From Eledone cirrhosa (Eukaryota), in assembly GCA_964016885.1 (NCBI GenBank), contig CAXHJY010000944.1:1-64000 (forward strand): DNA of 64,000 nucleotides. The letters are read 5' to 3'. The notes beneath the pieces were generated by a model. The model searched no databases, was not told the origin of the DNA, and was given only the letters and a program-made list of their open reading frames with translations. Shown piece after piece: positions 51,010-60,650 of this stretch (the stretch's first letter is position 1; each line of letters begins with the position of its first letter). The translations under genes were made by a program, and so were the position numbers.

Positions 51010-51086
51010 TGCACCTGACGATGTCGCCAAGGGTTTGTGTTATGGTCGGATGATGTAACTTGGCGATTGAAATATGTATAGTTGCA
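51010..51086 (+). ncRNA. Hammerhead ribozyme remnant in an old PLE pLTR
   Basis: UGCAC-CUGACGA-uGUCGCCAAG...CUUGGCGAUu-GAAA-UAUGUA-UA-GUUGCA; inverted partial copy at 50815-50846. Confidence 0.6.
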
Positions 51087-51401
51087 ACATTAAAGCTTTA
51101 AAAAGATATATCCAGTCCAGCCTTCTGTTGTTTTATATGAATATTTGAACTCCGTTCCTGCACCTACCACAGGATTCAACATAAACGATTGATGAGTTAC
51201 ATAATGTAGAGTGCTTTTCTTACAATCACATGGTTCATTAACCAGAATGATCTGTCCTACTCATTGGTAAACCATACAAAATAAATTGGATATATATATA
51301 TATATATATATATAAAAAGCAAACAGAAATAATAAAGTAAACAACACAGTACAATGAAGAAACATATTATTTGTTTTACACTTGATATAGAAAGAAAAGA
51401 G

Positions 51402-51436
51402 TCTTAACGTTTCAGACACTAGTCTTTCATCAGAAA
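51402..51436 (-). ncRNA. Minimal hammerhead ribozyme
   Basis: UUU-CUGAUGA-a-AGAC(uagu)GUCU-GAAACGUUA-AGA on the minus strand; palindromic stem III AACGUU. Confidence 0.6.
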
Positions 51437-51989
51437 ATAGAATGAGAAATTAAAGAAAAAAAGAGAAAGATAGAGTGGGCAGTGGCAGAAAGGAAAAATA
51501 TTTCCTAGAGAAAAAACAAATATGTTCAAGTCCCCATCTCATATATACACACACATACATACAGGATTCTTTAAGAAGTTGCTAAGAAGAATTGAACTCT
51601 GTACCTCTCAAATTCCAGTTGAACACTTTATACCAATGAGGTGTATACTGAGTTCAAATCCCATCAAGATCAACTTTGCCTTTCATTCTTTCGAGGTCAA
51701 TAAAAAAAAAAGAACCATTCCAGTATTGAGGTTAATTCTTCCTCTATATCACTTTCTCACTTTCAATCACTCTCCTCTGTAAGAAATCAATTATGTTGAG
51801 ACATGGACAGAGATGGACTCAGCCAAGTTTAAAATACCTAAGAAATACTTTCAATATGGCACACCTTCGACTCCAACACATAGTCTGTATGTGTTACCAA
51901 AACTGTAATTGTAACTATGTAAAATTTGTGTTTATTATCCCCGATCAAAGTCCCCCAATCCACACCATAAAGTAGTCAACCAGGAGCCA

Positions 51990-52180
51990 CGACAAAAAGC
52001 TCCCAGTCCACACTGTAAAGTGGTTGGTGTTAGGAGGGCAGCCAGCTGTAGGAACGAAGCTAAAATCAGTTCTGTATGAGCAAGACAAGGTCATCTGACC
52101 TGGCTTGTCTCACAACAGGACAACTCGTCAAACCCATGCTAGCATGGAAAATGGACATTAAATGACGATGATGATGATGA
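51990..52180 (+). mobile_element. RTE-tailed SINE, 3' part
   Basis: GGTTGGTGTTAGGAGGGCAGCCAGC...CCCATGCTAGCATGGAAAATGGAC...(GAT)n. Confidence 0.7.
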
Positions 52181-52814
52181 AATATAGTTTTCTAGTTTCT
52201 AGAAAAATCTGTTTTGTTTAGCACTTAGGTAGGATAAGCATAGAGGGGGGGGGGGGATACAGACAGACAGATAGAAAGAGAGAGAGGGGGGAAGACAGAC
52301 AGACAGAGAAAGAGAGAGTTAGTGAGAGAGAGAGAGAGAGTTAGTGTGACACATGTCGACCACAGATATCTACCAACATCTGGCTTGATCTCACAGAGAA
52401 TCCATGGTGGATCTGAGAGGGAGGGAAGGTAGGAGGGAAGAAGAGAGATGGAAGGAAATAAAGAAATAAGGAAGCAAAGAAAGAAAGAAAAAGATGGGGA
52501 AAGAAAGGAAAGAAAGATAGAAAGAAAGAAAGAGTAAAAAATGAGAAAGATAAGTAGGCAGGCGAGCAGACAGAGAGAATGAGAGAGAGGAAGAAATAAG
52601 ATGGTGATCTCCCCTTTTAACCTCTCCTCTTCATTGTTCCACAGTTCATTGACTCTAACATATCTCTAACATGTGATAAGGTGTTTGTGGTTAGAATTAT
52701 TGATCATCTTCACCAGCTGCTTAAACTTGCTCTCTAGATCTCTCTATCTCTAGAACATTTAACAAGGAATTGTATACACACACACATATATATATACACA
52801 CACATACACACACA

Positions 52815-53090
52815 TCATCATCATCATCATCATCATTATCATCATTTAACGTCCATCTTCACGCTTGCATGGGTTTTCACGGGAATTTTCCCACTTGAGG
52901 CAAGATTGGTTGTCTTGCTCGTATAGGACTGTCTGGCAGGTTTTCTATGACTGAATGCCCTTCCTAACACCAACCACGTTTACAGTGTGGACTGGGAGGT
53001 TTTTACCGTGTTACCTACACGGCCACATTACAGTGTGGACTGTGTGTTTTTTTTTGTCGTGACACCTACACGACCTCATTTATTTAGGAC
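52815..53090 (-). mobile_element. RTE-tailed SINE, 3' part
   Basis: Matches 46419-46670. Confidence 0.75.
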
Positions 53091-53139
53091 TGGATATATA
53101 TATACACACACACACATATATACATATATATATATGTAT

Positions 53140-53276
53140 ATATTTATTAAAATAACAGATTAAAGTTTAAGCAAAGAATCGCTGCTTTCACCCTTAACGG
53201 GATCTTCTGAAGATCCCGTTAAGGGTGAAAGCAGCGATTCTTTGATTAAACTTTAATCTGTTATTTTAATAAATAT
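53140..53276. repeat. 137-bp near-perfect palindrome (68-bp arms, centre 53208), PLE pLTR-like
   Basis: Arms differ at one position; centre lies within a CTGAAGA...GAAA hammerhead-like core. Confidence 0.9.
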
Positions 53277-53359
53277 TTGCTCTACGGTTCTTATATATTT
53301 GATATATATTTATTGTTATCGAGCCCTCTTTGGATTTTAGTCTGCAAATTTATTATTAT

Positions 53360-53361
<2 letters not shown>

Positions 53362-53422
<61 letters not shown>

Positions 53423-53451
53423 TATATATATATACACACACATATATATAT

Positions 53452-53498
<47 letters not shown>

Positions 53499-53716
53499 TA
53501 TATACACACACACATATATGTATACACACACACATATATATAAACACACATATATATATATACACACATAAATATATATATATACACACACACATATATA
53601 CACACACCCAAATATATATATAGACACATACATATATATACACACACACATACATATATATACACACACATATATATACACACACATACAAACACATACA
53701 TATACACACACATATA
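53362..53716. repeat. (TA)/(CA) microsatellite
   Basis: Visible dinucleotide tract. Confidence 0.95.
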
Positions 53717-53849
53717 GTAGAAACAAAGTTTCATACACTTAACATGTATCAGGTACCATTGGTTTTGGGGTCCAGTTATGGCCACCACTGTCTACTGGAG
53801 GAGGCACTTTTAAACTGACCGTCATTGGGCATGGAAACAATATGAAATG

Positions 53850-54045
53850 TGTATTTTTGGTTAAGAGGTGCCTACTGACTGTAGGTTTCGCTTTGTACTT
53901 AGCCAAGGCGGGTATTCTATATTACTGCGTAGCGCCAAAGATCTCAGTCCAGTGACATTGTCTTGGAGAGGTGTAAGTATGTAAGGTCGGAATTTATCAA
54001 ATCGTCCCAGGTTTTTCTGGGTCTACCTACTCCGTAGCTTCCATC
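53850..54045 (-). mobile_element. RTE family 1, short 3' fragment
   Basis: Matches about 43715-43905 in reverse complement. Confidence 0.85.
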
Positions 54046-54224
54046 AAACTGATTCAGAGCACTCACCAGATTTCTGGAGTGAATATTCAATGATATTAAA
54101 TAAATGGAAACTATATTTATAAAACCATATTTATTCTATTATATATATTTCAAGGAATATTTCTACCCAAGGAATATTCAACTGATAAGGTATGATTTCC
54201 TTGGTTATGTCAAAATTTATAAAA

Positions 54225-54571
54225 CACTCTTTGTATTTTATCTGATGAAAGCGTACCAAAGTTTTGGTACCCTTGAAATATATATAATAGAATAAATATG
54301 GTTTTATAAATATAGTTTCCATTTATTTATTTATTTTAATAAATATATATATATATGTATATGTATATATATATATGTATATGTATATATATATATATGT
54401 ATATGTATATATATATATGTATATGTATATATATATATATGTATATGTATATATATATATGTATATGTATATATATATATGTATATGTATATATATATAT
54501 GTATATGTATATATATATATGTATATGTATATATATATATGTATATGTATATATATATATGTATATGTATA

Positions 54572-54654
<83 letters not shown>

Positions 54655-54666
54655 GTATATATATAC

Positions 54667-54719
<53 letters not shown>

Positions 54720-54892
54720 CATATATATATATACATATACATATATATATATACATATACATATATATATATATTTATTAAAATAAATAAATAAATGGAA
54801 ACTATATTTATAAAACCATATTTATTCTATTATATATATTTCAAGGGTACCAAAACTTTGGTACGCTTTCATCAGATAAAATACAAAGAGTG
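54225..54892. repeat. Large inverted repeat: ~120-bp unique arms around a TA-rich microsatellite
   Basis: 54225-54346 is the reverse complement of 54771-54892; a third partial inverted copy lies at about 54097-54155. Confidence 0.92.
54238..54290 (+). ncRNA. Type I hammerhead ribozyme (mirror copy at 54827-54879, minus strand)
   Basis: UUAU-CUGAUGA-AAGcGUACCAAA(gu)UUUGGUACcCUU-GAAA-UAUAUA-UA-AUAG. Confidence 0.75.
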
Positions 54893-55042
54893 GTTGGTGT
54901 TAGGAAGGGCATCCAACTGTAGAAAACCTGCCAGACAGTCCTATGCGAGCAAGACAATCACTCTTGCCTCAAGTGGGACTACCCCCGTCCAAACCCATGC
55001 AAGCGTGGAACACGGACGTTAAACGTTGATGATGATGATGAT
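54890..55042 (+). mobile_element. 5'-truncated RTE-tailed SINE or non-autonomous element
   Basis: AGGAAGGGCATCC...CCCATGCAAGCGTGGAA..GGACGTTAAAC..(GAT)n. Confidence 0.75.
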
Positions 55043-55064
55043 GTATATATATACATATATATAC

Positions 55065-55101
<37 letters not shown>

Positions 55102-55165
55102 CATATACATATATATATATACATATACATATATATATACATATATATACATATATATACATACA

Positions 55166-55319
55166 CTAGAAGAGGAAGACCAAGGTTAACGTATGTTGAT
55201 GCCCTAAGGACAGACACTGGTCTGTTGGAGATGCAGGATATGGCAGCGATAATGAGGGACAGAGACCGCTGGAGAGAACTCGTCCATGGATCTCGGGAAT
55301 TTTACCCGCCCTAGATAGA
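55166..55319 (+). mobile_element. RTE-group 3' fragment
   Basis: Matches about 27840-27985. Confidence 0.8.
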
Positions 55320-55696
55320 TGTATATATATATATATACAGTTGAGCAGTTGAAGTATAAGGACGTGTTTTTACTTCTCTCCCCGAGTAAGCAGCAAGTCA
55401 CACAGCCACAAAACAAAACCACAAAACAAAACCAAACAAACAAAAATTGACCGGTTAATACATTTACATACATCTATAATATATTATTATATATTTGAAA
55501 CCACGTGTTTTCGAACTTGTGAGTACATTTTCCTTTAACTACAAATTATCATTATATACTTTCGTCTTTTCATTAACTTAATTAATTTCAAATAACCAGA
55601 ATATACATATATATATATATACTCATATTCATATATATACTCTTCTCACTCACACACAAGAAAAACAAAAAAACAAAAATAAATCAAAAATAAATT

Positions 55697-55727
<31 letters not shown>

Positions 55728-55768
55728 TATTGAAATACTTAACTAAAACACACACACTCAAAACTAGA

Positions 55769-56920
55769 ATGGCTAACCAGCAAAAATCCAAACAGAACTG
55801 GTCTGATAATGAAATCGACATTCTAATAAACACATGGCATTGCCTTACCCAAACAGAAGATATAGATGCTTCATCTCTGAACGACATTGCTAAACGTACA
55901 GTTCAATTTTTGAAAACTCGATCTGAACAACAGATTCAAAATAAATTAAAGCAAATCGAAATTGCTTTTAAATTAATCAATAAACATTTGGATAAACTAC
56001 GGTGTGTTTTTTCTTCGAATGCTGTCCAGCAGCAGCAACAACAACAACAGCAGCTACAACGGCAACAACAACAACAGCTACAACAACAACAACATCAACA
56101 ACAGCAACAACAACAACAACAACGACAACAACAGTGTGAACCACTCCTTGATTCATCAACAATGGCCGATCTACTAAATGAAACTATTGACCCCCCAGTA
56201 GCCTCTGTCTCACAGAATGAAACGCCACATCCTTTCTCTGGCCCAGCAGTCCAATCATCACCACTGCCAACATCTATGCCTACTACTACTACTACTACTA
56301 CAACATTTTTGTCTACTGCTATGTCAAGGAATTTACCTTCTAATACCAGAACAAGAACTCTCCCTCCCACAGTCCACAAAGGTCGTCAAATCCTACCCAA
56401 ACCATCATCCACACCTCTCACAACACCCACACCCACATACCCACCCACTCGAAACCCCATCATTTGCCGCTACTCTCTACGCTATAGAATATGTACGGAT
56501 AGTGGCTGCAAATTCACCCATTTACCTAGGACAAAACGATCTATCCCCACAAACAGCCACCACCATAATACATACTCTAATTTAACACCAACACCAATAA
56601 CTCAAACAAGGAATCCACAAATCTGCCGCTTTTCCCTGCGAGACAGATTGTGTTTAGACCGGGATTGTCCCTTTACCCATCTCCCGGGGACCCGTCGGAC
56701 AAATGAAAATAAAATTAAAAATAAAAACAAAAACAAAAACCATAACCTACATAAAAATAACCACTACCACAGTCACCAACAGTCTTCTAAACAGGAAACT
56801 TCTTCCTCTTTTTTAGCCATAATGAATCTGGCAAAAGTACTGGAAAAAAACATTCGAGCTATCACCCAGCACCACCCTCCACTATCACCCCACTACACAA
56901 ACTCCCATTGCTGCCATTAA
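55769..56920 (+). CDS. LINE ORF1: Myb/SANT-like N-terminus, poly-Q, two C-x8-C-x4-C-x3-H zinc fingers
   Basis: NWSDNEIDILINTW...RSEQQIQNKLKQI; CRYSLRYRICTDSGCKFTH and CRFSLRDRLCLDRDCPFTH; first ATG at 55769. Confidence 0.75.
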   Translation: MANQQKSKQNWSDNEIDILINTWHCLTQTEDIDASSLNDIAKRTVQFLKTRSEQQIQNKLKQIEIAFKLINKHLDKLRCVFSSNAVQQQQQQQQQLQRQQQQQLQQQQHQQQQQQQQQRQQQCEPLLDSSTMADLLNETIDPPVASVSQNETPHPFSGPAVQSSPLPTSMPTTTTTTTTFLSTAMSRNLPSNTRTRTLPPTVHKGRQILPKPSSTPLTTPTPTYPPTRNPIICRYSLRYRICTDSGCKFTHLPRTKRSIPTNSHHHNTYSNLTPTPITQTRNPQICRFSLRDRLCLDRDCPFTHLPGTRRTNENKIKNKNKNKNHNLHKNNHYHSHQQSSKQETSSSFLAIMNLAKVLEKNIRAITQHHPPLSPHYTNSHCCH

Positions 56921-59917
56921 CAAACAAACAAATTAACAACACACCAAAACAATTAAAACCATCCACTCTCGCCTCTACATTTTTGCTTAACGCCCAAGGC
57001 ATCAGCCCTTCCACCAATACTCAAAAATGGAAGATCAAATTCCTGGAGGACACATCCAAACCACATCCCTTTCTTCGTCCTCACTGAAACCCATCTCAGT
57101 AACCTCCACTTGGAAGCCGAGCTGAAAGTGAAAAATTTCAAAGCCATCCGTGCTGATCGCGCTGGCAGAAGAAAGGGCGGAACTGCCATTTATGTCCATA
57201 ATTCTTTCTCAACAGAGGCTATGAACATATTCACTAATGGATACTGTGAAGCAGTCACTGTATTCAGTCAAACCAACAACCTATTAGTAGTTGGGCTCTA
57301 TAGGCCACCCCAAACGCCTGTACCATGCTTCAAGGAATGCCTCAACAGCATAAAGTGTTTCATCCAAGAGTGTCACCCTGACAACATCTTAATGATGGGG
57401 GACTTCAACCTCCCCGGAGTTGACTGGTCCACAAACAGCCTGCCACCAGGTTCTTCTGCCTCAACCTCTGACAGGGAAGCTGTGGAATCGCTTCTTGACT
57501 TCATGGATGATTTCTTCCTATCCCAACTGGTGCTCGAACCAAGGAGGTGCCACAAAAACGTCCTAGACTTAATTTTCAGCAATCACACTGACAATATCCA
57601 CAATATTGCAGTGGAGAAAACTCTACTCTCTGATCATGACATGGTTCTCTGTGATCTGAGATTCCACCGTCCAATATACAAACCCAATGTCATCTCTCCT
57701 GTCCATCCGTTTGACGCTATGGATTTCCACAATGCAAACTGGGAAGCGATCAGTCATGATCTTGCACATGTCGACTGGTCCTTCACGCACACTCATACAC
57801 CCACTAACATCAAAAAGTCCTGGCAGACATTTGTGGACACTGTTACAAACATATGTGCTAAACACACCCCATTAAGAACTATAAACAAATCTAAGAGCAG
57901 AATCCCTAGAAATAGAAAAACGCTCATCAGAAAAATTAAGAGAACGAACAAAAAAATCAACAAGCTGAAATACTGTCAGCAGCAACACATCAACTTGACT
58001 GCCATTTCATCACTAGAGATTAAAAAACATAACCTCCAAAACAGCATAATGTCCCTCATCAACAATCAGAGAAGAGCTGAAGAGGCCTGGGCCATTGAGA
58101 AGATCAAACTCAATCCCAAAGTGTTCTTTTCATTTGCAAAAAAACACAAAATCACTGGCTCTACTGTTGGCCCTCTAATTGATGAAAATGGCACTCTTCA
58201 AGACAATGCTAAAACCATGGGTGAGATACTGCAGAAACAATACTGCTCTGTTTTCAGCAATCCTGATATGGTCGATCTGGGCTGTATCGGCGATGTTACT
58301 CCCCATTACACCTTATCGGACATAACGTTTGGCGCCCCTGATGTCTTGGCGGCAATAAAGGAAATCAAGCATAATTCAGCAGTAGGTCCCGATAGGTTCC
58401 CTGCTTGTGTCTTGAAGGCGTGTCAACACCAACTTGCATCTCCTCTTGCCAATCTGTGGCGGAACTCACTGGATGCTGGATATGTGCCAGAAAACCTTCT
58501 ATCCCAGTCTGTTGTCCCAGTTTTCAAAAAGGGAAACAAATCCCTTGCCGTGAATTACCGTCCAATCTCACTCACCTCTCATATCATTAAGGTATTTGAG
58601 AGAGTGGTGAGATCGCGAATGACCCACTTCCTTGAGAGTAACAATATGCTGAACTCCAACCAGCATGGATTCCGTAATGGAAGGGATTGCCTGACGCAGC
58701 TACTGCATCACTTTGATGACATTTTGAGAGCCTTGGGAGAGGGTTCCAACACTGATGTTATCTACCTTGATTTCAGCAAGGCCTTTGACAGGGTTGATCA
58801 TAACATTCTACTGAGAAAGCTGTCCAATATTGGTGTCACTGGAAAGCTGCTGCAGTGGATCAAGAGCTTCCTGTCAAACAGAACCCAACATGTTGTAGTT
58901 GAGGGAGTCAAATCCAGCCCAGCCAAAGTCAGTAGTGGGGTCCCACAAGGCACTGTGTTGGGCCCACTTCTCTTCATCATCTATATTAATGACATCACTG
59001 ACATCATCAAACACAGCAACATTAAAATTTTCGCTGATGATTCCAAGCTCCAAAAGGTCATCAATGGCGTGGATGACCGGATAAGCCTTCAGTCAGACCT
59101 ACTGGCTGTTACCCAATGGGCGGAAAAGAACAACATGTTACTGAACGAAGACAAATTCGAACTGATCCACTTTGGAAAAGAGGATGCTCTGAAACTCCCG
59201 TACTCCCTTCCCTCCGGGGAAACTCTCGTGGCATCTAACAACATCAGAGACTTGGGAGTAACCGTGGACAGCAACATAAGCTGGACCACGCATATAAGCA
59301 GCAAAGTTGACATGGCCCGCAGAATGTGTTCCTGGATCCTCAGAACCTTCCAGTCGAGAGATTCCCGCACCATTATCCTTCTCTTCTCTACTTTTGCCCG
59401 ACCACACCTTGAATACTGTTGTCCACTGTGGTCTCCCCACACGAAACAAAGTATCATGAAACTTGAAGCTCCTCAAAGGGCAATCACGAAAAAGATAGAT
59501 GGCATGTCAGACCTTGACTACTGGGGTCGATTAGAAAACCTGAAACTTTACTCACTCCAACGTCGCCGTGAGCGTTATATTATCTGCATGATGTGGAAAA
59601 TGTTCCATCATCACTGCCCAAATGATGTTGGCATCGCCTTCAAGATACACCCAAGGCTTGGGCCCCGTGCTATCCGTCCCATTCAAAAATCTAAATCGCA
59701 ACTCATAACAACAATACGGCACAATTATTTCACCTCAATCGGCCCTGCTCTCTTCAACATCACACCAGGACACGTCAAAACAGAAACTGACCACACAAAA
59801 TTCAAGAAGTCTTTGGACAAATTCCTCCAAGTAATCCCGGACAAACCACCCACACCCGGATATGTCTCCGCAAACAGTAATTCTCTTCTCGAATGGGCCA
59901 TGGTGCCCAAATCCTGA
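56809..59917 (+). CDS. LINE ORF2 (APE plus RT); N-terminus in the -1 frame of ORF1, with one further frame break near 57050-57062
   Basis: LLNAQGI in the frame open 56791-57087; then [59 protein letters not shown] in the track frame. Confidence 0.9.
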
Positions 59918-60002
59918 ATTGAAAGACTTCGCCAGGTGGTGCTATTAAGTTAGACATGGCCTGGGCCAATACTGGCCAAAACATTTCAAAGTTATTCAAA
60001 GT

Positions 60003-60043
<41 letters not shown>

Positions 60044-60068
60044 GTATATATATATATGTATATATATG

Positions 60069-60127
<59 letters not shown>

Positions 60128-60345
60128 TGTTATATTTGGGGAGGGTCATATTTGCGTAATATTGCCAGAATTAATAACAGAACACACTCACTGTTTGGTT
60201 GGTTTTCGCTTCTCGCTGTCTTTTATATATATATATCTGCGATCTAACTTACTCGGTCCTCAATGTTGCCATTGACTGACCGGCGGTCAAAAATAATACA
60301 GATACAATATAGACAAACACATATATATATAGTTTACATAATTTA

Positions 60346-60383
60346 CATAAATCTTTCGTTGCACATCTGCAACATCGTCAGTG
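60346..60383 (-). ncRNA. Minimal hammerhead ribozyme in PLE 3' pLTR
   Basis: CA-CUGACGA-u-GUUGCA(gaug)UGCAAC-GAAA-GAUU-UA-UG on the minus strand. Confidence 0.7.
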
Positions 60384-60650
60384 GTGTTATATTCATTGTT
60401 CCTCCTGTTGTGTTGTATGTCTACGCCATTTTTTTTTGTTCAGTCTGTCTATATATTTATTTATTTGCTTGTTTGTTTATCTTATTTTATTTTGTCTTCT
60501 TTGCGCATGCGTTTGCGTGTGTGTATAGTGTTATGTGTGATGTGTGACTAGTGTGTATAGTGTTGTGTCTGCTGGGTGACTAGTGTGTGTTTATGTGCTT
60601 GTGTATGTATTTATTTATCTTATTTTATTTAATTTAATTTACTTATTTAT

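Larger units (their letters stand above)
55338..60004 (+). mobile_element. Apparently full-length CR1-group (CR1/L2/Crack-like) LINE inserted in (TA)n
   Basis: 5' UTR, ORF1, APE-RT ORF2, short 3' UTR with a GGCCA-atac-TGGCC hairpin and a (TTCAAAGTTA)2 tail; TA repeats on both flanks. Confidence 0.88.

Noticed and set aside
55338-55368. Inr/DPE internal promoter (CAGTT...GGACGTG) at the LINE 5' end
   Set aside because: The motifs are suggestive, but spacing is about +22 rather than the canonical +28, so it was not called.
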